This document shows, in pieces, positions 1 to 9,875 of a stretch of 64,000 nt of DNA (position 1 is its first letter; each line of letters begins with the position of its first letter). The translations under genes were made by a program, and so were the position numbers. Source of the DNA: Candidatus Hydrogenedentota bacterium (GTDB lineage: Bacteria > Hydrogenedentota > Hydrogenedentia > Hydrogenedentales > SLHB01); NCBI GenBank assembly GCA_963668025.2, contig CAXXTH010000017.1, positions 384,001 to 448,000 of the forward strand, read 5' to 3'. The notes below the pieces were generated by a model, which ran no database searches, had not been told where the DNA came from, and was given only the letters and a program-made list of their open reading frames with translations.

Positions 1-290
1 CTCGAATTATCCACCACCACGCAGCCATCACGCGCCGCGCAAGGAGCATACTTCAAGCTCGTGCCGCCGCCCGCGCTGAACAGCGCCACATCGACGCCCT
101 TGAAGGAATCTTCACACAGCACTTCCACCGGCAGCTTCTCTCCCTTAAAGGCCAGCGTCTTCCCCTTGGATTTCTCGGAAGCGAGCAACTTAATGGATTT
201 AATGGGAAAGTTGCGCTCTTCGAGCGTTTTGAGCATTTGCGAGCCGACGAGCCCGGTGGCCCCGGCGACCGCGACGACTTTGGGGGTCAT
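1..290 (-). CDS. asd: Aspartate-semialdehyde dehydrogenase, N-terminal part (runs off the window edge)
   Basis: Manual translation of the minus strand from ATG at 290: MTPKVVAVAGATGLVGSQMLKTLEERNFP...VDVALFSAGG...VVVDNS, which matches Asd motifs. GAGGAG RBS upstream. Not in the ORF track because it is truncated. Confidence 0.9.
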   Translation of the reverse strand, partial: MTPKVVAVAGATGLVGSQMLKTLEERNFPIKSIKLLASEKSKGKTLAFKGEKLPVEVLCEDSFKGVDVALFSAGGGTSLKYAPCAARDGCVVVDNS

Positions 291-549
291 GGCCTGTTTT
301 CTCCTCTTACAAACGGTTGCGATTGATTGATATGCCCTTATGCACAAAATATGGGCGAGCCCACCTGCGAATGCCCGGCGGTGAGTCGCATAATATAACG
401 CAACGATACGCAATATTTCCAACTCACTTGCTTTTTCCACGTGGCCGATGTACAAAATCAACCTGCCCGTGATTATTACCTAAACGCTTTCGGAAGCGTT
501 TATGTTTCCACAGTCAGGCCCGCATCATTCTCGAAGGAGCAGCACTATC

Positions 550-1302
550 ATGCAAGACAACGGACGCATACTCGCCATTCATTGCCATCCAGACGACGCC
601 GAGTTCACCTGCGGCGGCACACTGTCGCTGTTGCGAAAGAAAGGCTACGATGTCCATATCGCCACGATGACCGCAGGCAACGCTGGAAGCCATGAGGAAT
701 CACATTTCGTCACGGGCGGCGTCCGCCGGGAAGAAGCGCGAAAATCCGCCGAATCGATTGGCGCGCATTACTACTGCCTTGAAGTGGATGATCTCTGTGT
801 CGATGTGACCGACTTTTTACGGCGGCGCGTCACCGGCCTCATCCGCATGGTGGACCCCTTCCTGATCATCGCGCCTCCTCCCGAGGATTACATGTTCGAC
901 CACGAGAACACCAGCCGCCTCGTGCGCGACGCCACGTTTTGCGCGCCAATCCCTTTGTATGGCGCGCAAGGAAGTTATCCAGGCGCCTCGACGCTTCCAT
1001 ATCTCTATTATACTTCTCCTACCTCGGGCCACGATCAGTACGGCCATTTCGTCGAGATGCCCATCATAATTGACATCACCACGGCCATCGAGACGAAGAA
1101 GGCCATGCTCGCCTGCCATGCGAGCCAGCGCGAATGGCTTAGGCTTAAACACGGCATGGATGAATATATCGAGTCCGCATTGGCTTGGTCCGCCGAGACT
1201 GGTAAAAGCGCCTGCTGCGCCTATGCGGAAGGATTCCGCCAGTATCTCGGCCCCTATTACCCGAATGACGATATCCTCAGCCAAATTTTGAGGAAAGAAT
1301 GA
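550..1302 (+). CDS. PIG-L/LmbE-family deacetylase
   Basis: HCHPDDAE, RREE, DHEN and HASQ motifs. Start moved to ATG 550, behind an AGGAG. Confidence 0.85.
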   Translation: MQDNGRILAIHCHPDDAEFTCGGTLSLLRKKGYDVHIATMTAGNAGSHEESHFVTGGVRREEARKSAESIGAHYYCLEVDDLCVDVTDFLRRRVTGLIRMVDPFLIIAPPPEDYMFDHENTSRLVRDATFCAPIPLYGAQGSYPGASTLPYLYYTSPTSGHDQYGHFVEMPIIIDITTAIETKKAMLACHASQREWLRLKHGMDEYIESALAWSAETGKSACCAYAEGFRQYLGPYYPNDDILSQILRKE

Positions 1303-1341
1303 GAGTAAGGATATGAGGCCCCACCAGCCTTGATATGGCGG

Positions 1342-2079
1342 CTACATGCCCATATCGTTCATGGTTTTTTCTTGCTGCTGGGTGTGGGTATCGGCGATGC
1401 CTTGCGCGCCGCCACGCATGCGCGAGCCGGCTGATGACGCTCCTGCGTTGCTCATGGCGTTCAATTGCTGCTGCATGCCTAGGCCTGTTACGGCGCCTGC
1501 CATCCCTGCTCCACCTCCTTGTGGGGCTCCTCCGGGCGGATATACCGCGCCTGCCAATGGATCATACGTAAAATCCTGGCCGTTCGATGCTTTCGGCACC
1601 GCCAGCATATAGCGGGGCGCTAAGACTTGCAACGCGGGCGGATACTTGCCATTGGCGCGGGCGTATGTTGCGACGGCGCTGCGCAGGGCTTGCAATGACA
1701 ATGCATCATTACTATTCAAGGCGGCGGGGCTTGCCAGCGCGGGCGCGGGAGATGCCGCCGCACGGCCCTCGAGCAGATTGCCGGTTGCCGGGTCATACCC
1801 ATAAGGCGAACCGTCCGGCTGCTTCGGGATTTCCGTGAGATATCCTTCCCGAACCATCGCCTCGAGAGAGGGCGGATTCACGCCTTTTTCCGCGCGATAT
1901 GCCTGAATGGCTTCTTGCGGCCCAAGCTTGCCGGTAACCTGTTTGGCGTAATTGATTGCCTGAAAACCTTGCTTGGCGTTTTGAGCATCCATGCTCGAGC
2001 CTATTGCCGCCGCCCCGAGTATTTCCAGCCCGCATCCCGCCAATGGCAACACCAACAACACGAAAATGATACAACGCAT
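1342..2079 (-). CDS. Lipoprotein with two tandem GspG/pseudopilin-like globular repeats
   Basis: Lipobox LAGC. Two similar segments, AIQAYRAEKGVNPPSLE..YL..IPK..G..YGYDP.TG and AVATYARANGKYPPALQ..YM..VPK..G..FTYDP.AG. Confidence 0.55.
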   Translation of the reverse strand: MRCIIFVLLVLPLAGCGLEILGAAAIGSSMDAQNAKQGFQAINYAKQVTGKLGPQEAIQAYRAEKGVNPPSLEAMVREGYLTEIPKQPDGSPYGYDPATGNLLEGRAAASPAPALASPAALNSNDALSLQALRSAVATYARANGKYPPALQVLAPRYMLAVPKASNGQDFTYDPLAGAVYPPGGAPQGGGAGMAGAVTGLGMQQQLNAMSNAGASSAGSRMRGGAQGIADTHTQQQEKTMNDMGM

Positions 2080-2341
2080 AGTGCAAAATCCTTCTCATAT
2101 GAAAGCATCCCATGAACGATGCCGCTATCAAAAAGAAGCCCTCTTTCCCGAGCGCCACGTTTTATTGATTGTATCATATTAGCCAAAGGCTGCTTCCAAC
2201 ATCTTGCTTTAAGAAAAAATTGTAACTGCCTAGCCGTTTCCGTTGTATTGTGTGGGATGCGGCTTCCTTATGACGCATACCTGCACTTGCATCAAAAAGA
2301 CCTTTGAAGAATCGCAATTCCTCAAAGGTCTTTTTTCATGC

Positions 2342-2401
2342 CCACAAAAGGCTCAAAAACACAAGAGAGAGATTCTTTACGCCCACGTGCGCCTTCTGTG
2401 G
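2342..2401. repeat. Intergenic imperfect inverted repeat (CCACAAAAGGC...GCCTTCTGTGG family)
   Basis: Arms at 2342-2352 and 2391-2401, similar to the element at 4706-4766. Confidence 0.5.
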
Positions 2402-2488
2402 CGAAATGACCGCCATATGGCTGGCCGAGATTCGATTCGTAGTCCTGCGCGGTTTAGGGTAAAATAGTAGAAAAGGAATCCGTGGAGT

Positions 2489-3625
2489 ATGGATAAGATT
2501 TCTGCACAGGGTTGTGGGGTTTTTTTGGGCATTCTAGCGGCAGGCATGGCGCTGGGAGTCTTTTCGGTTCCAGCGCTGGCGCTTGTGGCGGCGTTGCTCG
2601 CGGCGCTGGCGCTCCTGGTGAGTTTTTGGGGGATATGGGAATCGCGGCGGACCCGCAAGGGCGTGGTGTTTGCGGCTGCTGGCGTTATTCTATCACTGGC
2701 GTCGTTGGGCGCCATTGGAGCCGCACTTTTATCCAATGCGGCCGGGGTGAAGACGCCTCAAGACAGCGCCCAGCTCAATGCCCCACAGACCCGCCGGCAA
2801 TCGCCTCCCGCTACGCATGCGATTGCGCCCCCGCCGCTGCCTAAGGAACCTGGCGAACCGGCCAAACCGTCGAGCACAAACAAACCCGTTGAGCCTGATG
2901 CGCGCGTGACGCCGCCCGAAAATGGTACAGCCACTCCCACTCCATCCACGGCTCCGGAAGAAACGACTTCCGCTGATGGCATGCTGCGTTCCGTGGATAT
3001 GGGCCAGCCCCAAGAACAACCGCCTTCTCAGGCGGAGCGCCTGAGCGAACGGATCAGCGCGTTATCCGCGGAAAGCGCAAGCTTGCCGGAAGCGGAATTA
3101 TGGACGAAAGCCAGCGCATTGCGCGCCGATATCCGCGCGCTCGGAAATGATGTGAATACAACGGCTCCACTGGATACGCAACTGGATAAGGTGATTGCAG
3201 ACAAATTGGAGCGCAAGGCGGAGGAGCCGCTTGCCCAGGCGCAACAAACATATAACGGGGGGGAGCTCGAAAAAGCCATCGCGGCAGCCCGCCAAGTATA
3301 CGCGGTGTTTCAAGCGCCGGATGCGCCGCTGCTTGCAAATCCCCAATCCCTGCAATCCAAGGCATGGAGCCAAGCGCAGATGATCGAAAAAACCGCCCAG
3401 GCGCGCATGGAAATGGCCGATAATCCCGCAGTGCGGTTCCGGCTGCGCGGCATCATGGGCGGCGCGGAACACACATACGCCTTGCTCGATGATCTGCTAC
3501 TGGGCAAGCAAGCCAGCGTGCGCGTTGGCGACCGGCTCGATACATTTCGCGTGGATAGCATAGACGCCAAACAAGGCACGGTAATACTCAGCCGGGGCTC
3601 GAAAACCGCCACGATCTTTCGCTGA
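2489..3625 (+). CDS. Membrane-anchored hypothetical protein with a Pro-rich linker and a C-terminal GspC/PilP-like beta domain
   Basis: N-terminal hydrophobic helices and a Pro/Thr-rich linker. C-terminus FRLRGIMGG..ALL..VRVGDRL..FRVDSID..VIL resembles PilP/GspC HR domains. Confidence 0.5.
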   Translation: MDKISAQGCGVFLGILAAGMALGVFSVPALALVAALLAALALLVSFWGIWESRRTRKGVVFAAAGVILSLASLGAIGAALLSNAAGVKTPQDSAQLNAPQTRRQSPPATHAIAPPPLPKEPGEPAKPSSTNKPVEPDARVTPPENGTATPTPSTAPEETTSADGMLRSVDMGQPQEQPPSQAERLSERISALSAESASLPEAELWTKASALRADIRALGNDVNTTAPLDTQLDKVIADKLERKAEEPLAQAQQTYNGGELEKAIAAARQVYAVFQAPDAPLLANPQSLQSKAWSQAQMIEKTAQARMEMADNPAVRFRLRGIMGGAEHTYALLDDLLLGKQASVRVGDRLDTFRVDSIDAKQGTVILSRGSKTATIFR

Positions 3626-3687
3626 AACGGGCTTATATTCGAGATGTTCATGGCCTAGCATGCAGCCAGGCCATGAACAATGCAATC

Positions 3688-4584
3688 CTAAAAAGCAGTT
3701 AGATGGCGGAATGCCTCGTACCGTTTTTCGATGATCTCGCGGTCAATTTCGGTCAGCCGTGCGGGGCCGAATTGTTCGCAGGTGAAGGAGGCGGTCACGG
3801 TGCCGTAGACCACCGCCCGTTTCAACGACGCCAGATCGATGGTCTCATATTGGGCCAGATAGCCCATGAATCCTCCGGCGAACGAATCGCCCGCCCCCGT
3901 CGGATCAGCTACATGGGTGAGCGGGAACGCCGGAACCGCGAAGATGTCATCCTGCCGGAACAGCATGCAGCCATGCTCGCCTTTTTTGACGACGACGATG
4001 GAAGGCCCCAGCAACAATATGGCGCGCGCGCCTTTCACCACGTTGGATTCACCGGTCAGGTCTTTCACTTCGGAATCATTAATAATCAACACATCCACCC
4101 GCGCCAGCACCTTGAGGAGATCCTCCCGCGTGGTGTTGATCCACATGTTCATGGTGTCCAGGCCCACAAAAGCCGCCCCGGCCTGGTCTAGCACGGAGAT
4201 CTGAAGCGTGGGATGGATGTTAGCCAGAAAAAGGAATTTCGCTTTGCGGGCCGCATCCGTCAATTTGGGCTGGAATTGCTCGAATACGTTGAGCTGGGTG
4301 TCCAGGGTGTCCCGCTGGTTTACATCTTCATGGTACCGGCCCGACCAGCGGAACGTTTTTCCGGGGGCGTGTTCGAGGCCGTCGATATCAACGCCGCGAC
4401 CCGCTAGCAAATCCACATGGGCTTGGGGAAAATCATCGCCCACAACGCCCACCACGTGCACTTTCGTGTAATGGGAGGCCGCGAGTGAAAAATAGGTGGC
4501 CGCGCCGCCCAATCCATCCAGATTGCGCCCCGCGGGGCTTTCGACGGTGTCCAAGGCCACGGAACCAACGACGGTAACGCTCAT
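3688..4584 (-). CDS. PfkB/ribokinase-family carbohydrate kinase
   Basis: VVGSVALD, LGGAATY, VGVVGDDF, KKGEHG and DPTGAGDSFAGG signature. Confidence 0.9.
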   Translation of the reverse strand: MSVTVVGSVALDTVESPAGRNLDGLGGAATYFSLAASHYTKVHVVGVVGDDFPQAHVDLLAGRGVDIDGLEHAPGKTFRWSGRYHEDVNQRDTLDTQLNVFEQFQPKLTDAARKAKFLFLANIHPTLQISVLDQAGAAFVGLDTMNMWINTTREDLLKVLARVDVLIINDSEVKDLTGESNVVKGARAILLLGPSIVVVKKGEHGCMLFRQDDIFAVPAFPLTHVADPTGAGDSFAGGFMGYLAQYETIDLASLKRAVVYGTVTASFTCEQFGPARLTEIDREIIEKRYEAFRHLTAF

Positions 4585-4705
4585 GGGATGCTGCTCCTTT
4601 GGTTGCATGTCCGGGCGCAAATGCTATACGCAGGATTATCGCGCCACTTTCGTACAGTTTCTTCAACAAGATACAAATCATTTAATATAGATACGCGGAG
4701 AACTG

Positions 4706-4766
4706 GCCACGAAAGGCGCAAGAGCCACCGCAGAATGATTTTTGCGTTTCTTGCACCTGTTGTGGC
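4706..4766. repeat. Intergenic imperfect inverted repeat (REP-like)
   Basis: GCCACGAAAGGCGCAAGA (4706-4723) pairs imperfectly with TCTTGCACCTGTTGTGGC (4749-4766). Confidence 0.55.
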
Positions 4767-4859
4767 GTATCACGTTTTTTCTGTTTTTATATGTGATTAC
4801 CCCGAATATACGTATTTCACTTGGCAACTGGTGGGGCAAGCCCCACCCACATGCTTGCG

Positions 4860-6926
4860 TTAATGCGCCTCATCCGCGCCTACCTCGGCAGGTTCTTCGC
4901 TCCGCTTCTCGAAATCGAATTCCTCTGTCTTCGGGATTTGCTGTGGAATACGCACCTCGCATTTATCGCCGTCGCAATAGAGGTCCTGGGCCTCGTCCGT
5001 ATTGAGATCATAGAACTCGATAGGCTTCAGCCGCGCGATGGCATGCTGGTACATCTCCGCGCTGATTTCTTGATACGGGGCTTGGGCGTACTGGTGGTCG
5101 CTCAAGGGAAGAAAACTGACGGATTTCAATCGTGATTCGTACAGCTCGAGAATCTGCGGCAGATCACACGCCTCTTCGGGGCGGAAAGTCACGGTGACGC
5201 TCACCTGATTATCGGCCCAGTAATATTGCATCTGCGCCGCATTCTCGACTTGCTCCCAGATGGATACGTCGTTCTTCGAACGTTCGAAATTCATGGACTC
5301 GACTGGAAACGAGACCACCCATGTGTTGTCCCCGTAGACGGATTCCTCGATGTGGTAGCCCGCATTGCGCAATGGCTCGACGAGCGGGCTGGTTTTGTCA
5401 AGGCGGATGGCGCGCAGATAATAGCGGGAATGGGGGTAATGGATGCCCGGCGTCACGCCAGGGAGCAGCGAGACCGTGCCGCTGGGCTTTACGCTGGTCT
5501 TCTTGATGCTCTCGGGAATGCACAGCCACTGGGCGTAAATGCGGTCCAGATCGCAGATATATTGGTAGCCTTTATCGCACCACTCGAGATGGGCGCGCCG
5601 GCCATGCTTCTCGAAGGATTCGACAATGCCGGACTGCGACAATCCGATGCGACGGTTGCGCAGCATGATGGCGTTGGTGCGCTCGTTGTGCGTCGGAATG
5701 AGGGTCACTGTTTTGGCGTATAAATAGGCAAACTTGAGGGTGCGTTTATATTCATCGAAGCTTTCATGCAGCGACGGGAAGGTTTCAACGAGGTTGCAGA
5801 TCTCGTAGGATTCGAGGCTTTGTTCGGCGCAAGGATTTGTACCGGCGACTTTAACATCACGGTACGTAGGCCCGTCTTTCAAGCGGCCATACGCGCGCGC
5901 GTTTTCGAGCCAGAAGTAGCCGGGCTCGCCATTTTTGGCGGTTTGTTCGCCCAGCATCCGGTAATCCATGCCCATGGAGGCGGAAACGCTGTTGTTTGAA
6001 GCCCAGCGCCAAGCCATCAGTTTTTTACTGTTCAATTCCGGGTCTTTGAGTTTAAGGTACTCCGCATCGCCAGGATCGCCCAGGGCCAGTTCCGCCGTCC
6101 GGCGCACGCCTCCGGATACGACGCATTTCCCGATGACATTCATCAGGTCCGTGATATCCACGGAGCTGATGCGGTCGCCCGTGCGGGGCTGCAGAATGGC
6201 GTGGATATTCTCGATGCAGTCCATCAACGGCTTGGGGCCGGGGGCAATGCCGCCAAAAGTGCGGATGGGCGACCCGAGCGGGCGTATTTTCGAATAATCA
6301 ATGTGTAGCGGCAGCTTGTCCCGCCCGGCATAGGACTCGAGCACGCAACGGACCAGATCGACCCAGCCCTCTTTCGAGTCATCCACCACATGCGTGTAAT
6401 CGGCGGTCTTGGGCTCATGTATCAGCAATGCGCCCGCGCCTTTCGTATCGAACGCCACGCCCACGCCCAGCAGGGACATATCCATCAAAAAGCAAAATGG
6501 TTCGGAAAAACTAAAATCTATCTCCGCCGTGGACACAAAGGCGCAGTTATTTAAAGCAGCCGAGCCCCGCTCATAGATGTAGTCCGTGCCCATCATCCAA
6601 AGGCCACGGCCTGGGGGCAGAAATTTGAATTCCCACATGAGGCGGAACATTTCTTGGGCGGAACGCTGGGCCTTATGAGGGTTCCAAGGCAGCTTGAGGT
6701 TGCGGCAATGGTTGATCTGGATGGTGTAACATCCCTCGACGACCCGGCGCACGGTCTCCCAGTATTCCTCGGTGCGCCCGCCACTATCCGGCACGGCGCG
6801 GGCATAGGTGCGCTTGAAGGTCACATATCCCAGCGGGCCCCATTTAGGCTGGCCGCCTCGATAGCGTTCGATAAAATTGTCCGATAATTTAAAACGTTCT
6901 TTGGCTTCAAACAGCATTTCTTTCAC
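4860..6926 (-). CDS. nrdJ: Class II (adenosylcobalamin-dependent) ribonucleotide reductase, monomeric RTPR type
   Basis: PPGRGLW, ALNNCAF, GTNPCAEQ (radical Cys), CNLVE, VKPSGTVS, and C-terminal CDGDKC redox pair. No intein seen. Confidence 0.92.
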   Translation of the reverse strand: MKEMLFEAKERFKLSDNFIERYRGGQPKWGPLGYVTFKRTYARAVPDSGGRTEEYWETVRRVVEGCYTIQINHCRNLKLPWNPHKAQRSAQEMFRLMWEFKFLPPGRGLWMMGTDYIYERGSAALNNCAFVSTAEIDFSFSEPFCFLMDMSLLGVGVAFDTKGAGALLIHEPKTADYTHVVDDSKEGWVDLVRCVLESYAGRDKLPLHIDYSKIRPLGSPIRTFGGIAPGPKPLMDCIENIHAILQPRTGDRISSVDITDLMNVIGKCVVSGGVRRTAELALGDPGDAEYLKLKDPELNSKKLMAWRWASNNSVSASMGMDYRMLGEQTAKNGEPGYFWLENARAYGRLKDGPTYRDVKVAGTNPCAEQSLESYEICNLVETFPSLHESFDEYKRTLKFAYLYAKTVTLIPTHNERTNAIMLRNRRIGLSQSGIVESFEKHGRRAHLEWCDKGYQYICDLDRIYAQWLCIPESIKKTSVKPSGTVSLLPGVTPGIHYPHSRYYLRAIRLDKTSPLVEPLRNAGYHIEESVYGDNTWVVSFPVESMNFERSKNDVSIWEQVENAAQMQYYWADNQVSVTVTFRPEEACDLPQILELYESRLKSVSFLPLSDHQYAQAPYQEISAEMYQHAIARLKPIEFYDLNTDEAQDLYCDGDKCEVRIPQQIPKTEEFDFEKRSEEPAEVGADEAH

Positions 6927-6972
6927 CTCATATTTCCTTCAAAGCGCCCCCGCTTAGCCTGCCCCAAGTCCC

Positions 6973-7755
6973 CTATACATTTCCATGAGGTGTTTTCACC
7001 CATGGCAGTCCATCCACGTACTCGGCTTCATAATCCCCAAACACATTTGGATACCGTTTGCGGACTATATCGAACACCTTGCCAAAGACAAGGCGGATCT
7101 CCTCTTCCGCGTGCGGATCCGTGCGTACCTCCAGAACATGGCGGAGCGTCCGAAAATTGCATGTCCAGCCTACGGATGTCGCCAGTCCGATGGGGGCCAT
7201 GCGCCGGAAGGCCGAGGTCAGCTTCTTCTTCCGGTCGAAAGCGCTCTCTTCATCGATTTGATATAACTCGGCCAGTTGCCGCTGTAGCTCCTCTAATTGC
7301 TCCATGGTGCGGACGAAAATCTCCATCGCCTCTTCGCTTTCCCGGATGTGGGTGGGCGCCCAGGCAGACAAAGAATCGAGGCGCACATATCGCAGCGATT
7401 CCTGGGAGATGGCCGTGCCGGCGCGGTGGCGCACCAGTTCGTGGGTGAATACGCGGCTTACATCCGCGAACACAAAGTTCACCGTGGCGTGCTCGAGCAC
7501 GCTGCCATGGCCAGAAGCAAGGATATTCGCCATATAGGGGGCATTGCCCTGCCGTACGCGGGTGACATTGGGATTAAGCCCCGGCTCGAAGGAGCGGTAG
7601 CATAAGCGCCCATAGAATTCGCATAGCCGTTCGCCATCGCTCGGCGCATCGGTATTCCATTCCGGCGCGCCGAGATGCTCGAGATAGGCGGTCAAGCCTT
7701 CTTCCACGACTTGAGTCTCACCGACTAAAAAAACCTTGGGTTCTATGAGTTTCAT
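6973..7755 (-). CDS. thyX: FAD-dependent thymidylate synthase
   Basis: GRLCYRS, GHGSVLEH, SRVFTHELVRHR...SQESLRY ThyX motif, HAEEEIR. Confidence 0.95.
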   Translation of the reverse strand: MKLIEPKVFLVGETQVVEEGLTAYLEHLGAPEWNTDAPSDGERLCEFYGRLCYRSFEPGLNPNVTRVRQGNAPYMANILASGHGSVLEHATVNFVFADVSRVFTHELVRHRAGTAISQESLRYVRLDSLSAWAPTHIRESEEAMEIFVRTMEQLEELQRQLAELYQIDEESAFDRKKKLTSAFRRMAPIGLATSVGWTCNFRTLRHVLEVRTDPHAEEEIRLVFGKVFDIVRKRYPNVFGDYEAEYVDGLPWVKTPHGNV

Positions 7756-7865
7756 GCGGCAGCCCTATCCTCGTCTATTTGCTTTGCGCGATGAATCCGC
7801 AAGCCATGCCATGGAGGGGGCATTATAGACTCTCCTTTCCTGTTCTGTCCAATGGAAGAGCAGCA

Positions 7866-7912
7866 CCGCAACATGTGGTAGCCAATACTAAATACTATAC
7901 CATATATTAGGT
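7866..7912. promoter_or_regulatory. Two tandem NrdR-box-like operators upstream of thyX-nrdJ
   Basis: CCGCAACATGTGGTAG (7866-7881) and ATACCATATATTAGGT (7897-7912) resemble the consensus acaCwAtATaTwGtgt. Starts are 31 bp apart, a typical spacing for tandem NrdR boxes. Confidence 0.65.
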
Positions 7913-8114
7913 ATCTCCAGGAATAAAAATCCCAATGCGGCCTAGATGTTGAATGGTGAAGAGATAGCAGATGGCCAGTCATTCCCTTCATCGGCTGGTC
8001 ATGGCGCAAAACGGAGATCTGGCATATCGAATTGGGAGAGCACATTATGCTTGACAAAAGCCATGGGTAGATACGAAAGTAAGAGATGTATTCAATCAAG
8101 GAGGGGAGGGAATA

Positions 8115-9860
8115 GTGGCGGAGTCTCCTAAACACCCGCCGGTGGATCCAGTCCTCATCCTGCATCCGGCGTTTTTAGCGGTATTTCCCATTCTGGGATT
8201 GTATGCCCATAACGTGGCATACACGCCGCTCGAAGCGCTATGGAGGCCTCTTTGGATTGCAGGCGTGGGAGCCATGGCCTTGTGGTTCGTGCTGGCTTTG
8301 GCGTTGCGGCGGCTTCACAAAGCGGCGGTTGTGGCGTCCTTGCTGGTGATAACATGCTTATCCGGCTGGCAAGTGCTCGAATTCACCATTCATAGCACCT
8401 TGCCGTATGTGGGGCAAATCCCCACGGTGGGTTATTATGTGGCTTTCGGGCTGCTGATGCTCCTCATGCTGGCGGCCATTCTACGGCGGGAATGGAGCCA
8501 TCCGCGAAAAGCACTGGCTTGGGCGGGAGTAGCGGCCGCCACGGGCTTGCTTGTAGTTTTGAACGCGGAGCTGGCGCTTTTTGGCGCGCAAAATCGCGGC
8601 GCGGCATGGTATATTTCGCTGTATTTGGTATTTGCCGTCGCGCTGCTGCTCATCACGCTGCGGGCCTCGTGGGATTTTAAGGCTATTTCGCGCACGGCCA
8701 ACTGGTTTGGCGCCATTTTAGTGGTGTTGTATGTGGCGCTCATTGCCTTCAATCGCGCACAGCTCACCCCCATAGAGCCGCCCCCATTCGAAATGCCCGC
8801 GCTTGCGCCACGCGCTCAAAATGAATCGCCGTATCCGGATATCTATGTGATCTTGCTGCGCGGATATCCCCGCGCGGATATGCTGCGCAGCCAGCTCGGA
8901 TTTAATAACTTGCTGTTTGAAGAGGAAATGGCCGCGCTGGGCTTTCAAACCGCGGCGCGCAGCACCGCCAATTATACGGATGGAGGGCTTTCACTAGCCG
9001 CCTTGCTTAACATGGATTACGTGCAGGCGCTGGTTCCTGAGACATGCCTTCTTGATGAGGCGTCTGCCAGCCTGTATCGGAACAATCGGGCTTTCCAGCT
9101 ATTCCGGCAGGCCGGTTACGCCATTGCAGCCTTCTCGACCGGATTCGAATCGATGGAGCTATATGGGCAATCCGACCTGTATCTTGCCCCTCCGCACACG
9201 ATGACGGAATTCGAGCTGGTGTTTTTTAGTGAAACCGCCGGTTCGCGGGCGCTCCAGTGGTATTATGAGCACCGGTATGCCAATCCCGCGTATTGGCGAT
9301 TTGAACCGCGCCGCAAGCGGATCGAGTATGCATTTACCGAACTGCCCAAGCTGGCCGCCGCCGAATCCGATGCGCCACGGCTAGTCGTGGCAGCCCTCGC
9401 CATCCCCGCGCCGCCTTTCTTGTTTACGCGCGAAGGCCTTCGCGCTAAACCATTCGGCCCACCGGCCGTAGGTGATGATACGGCGTATCAAGGCACCGCG
9501 CAGCAATTTTTCGATTCGTTCACGGAGCAAATCCAATATGCCAGCCAGCGGCTCCTAGAAACAGCCAAGGGCATTTTAACAGCATCGCGCTGTCCGCCTG
9601 TGATCATTATTGCGTCCGGCCAGGGAATCGGCGGCGGAGAAGAAAATGAAGAAACAGCAGTATGCGCAAATGCCCTATGGGTGCGATTCCCAGAGGAATC
9701 AAGCGCCCAAGATGCATTTCCTGAAAACCTTAGCTTAGTGAATGTACTGCGAATTACCGCCAATCACGCGCTGGGCGCGCAATTGCCATTATTGCCTGAC
9801 ACGGTATATGCCGCCACTGGAGACACCGTCGGCAGCCTGCAAGCATCCGCCGCGCCCTAA
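8115..9860 (+). CDS. Multi-pass membrane protein with a degenerate sulfatase/alkaline-phosphatase-like periplasmic domain
   Basis: Several N-terminal TM helices, then PDIYVILLRGY, ANY..SLAALLNMDY and PVIIIASGQG. Confidence 0.55.
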   Translation: MAESPKHPPVDPVLILHPAFLAVFPILGLYAHNVAYTPLEALWRPLWIAGVGAMALWFVLALALRRLHKAAVVASLLVITCLSGWQVLEFTIHSTLPYVGQIPTVGYYVAFGLLMLLMLAAILRREWSHPRKALAWAGVAAATGLLVVLNAELALFGAQNRGAAWYISLYLVFAVALLLITLRASWDFKAISRTANWFGAILVVLYVALIAFNRAQLTPIEPPPFEMPALAPRAQNESPYPDIYVILLRGYPRADMLRSQLGFNNLLFEEEMAALGFQTAARSTANYTDGGLSLAALLNMDYVQALVPETCLLDEASASLYRNNRAFQLFRQAGYAIAAFSTGFESMELYGQSDLYLAPPHTMTEFELVFFSETAGSRALQWYYEHRYANPAYWRFEPRRKRIEYAFTELPKLAAAESDAPRLVVAALAIPAPPFLFTREGLRAKPFGPPAVGDDTAYQGTAQQFFDSFTEQIQYASQRLLETAKGILTASRCPPVIIIASGQGIGGGEENEETAVCANALWVRFPEESSAQDAFPENLSLVNVLRITANHALGAQLPLLPDTVYAATGDTVGSLQASAAP

Positions 9861-9875
9861 ACATGGCCAAATGGC

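Noticed and set aside
4860-7755. Prophage origin of the nrdJ-thyX pair
   Set aside because: No integrase, structural genes or compositional shift; the flanks are ordinary chromosomal genes.
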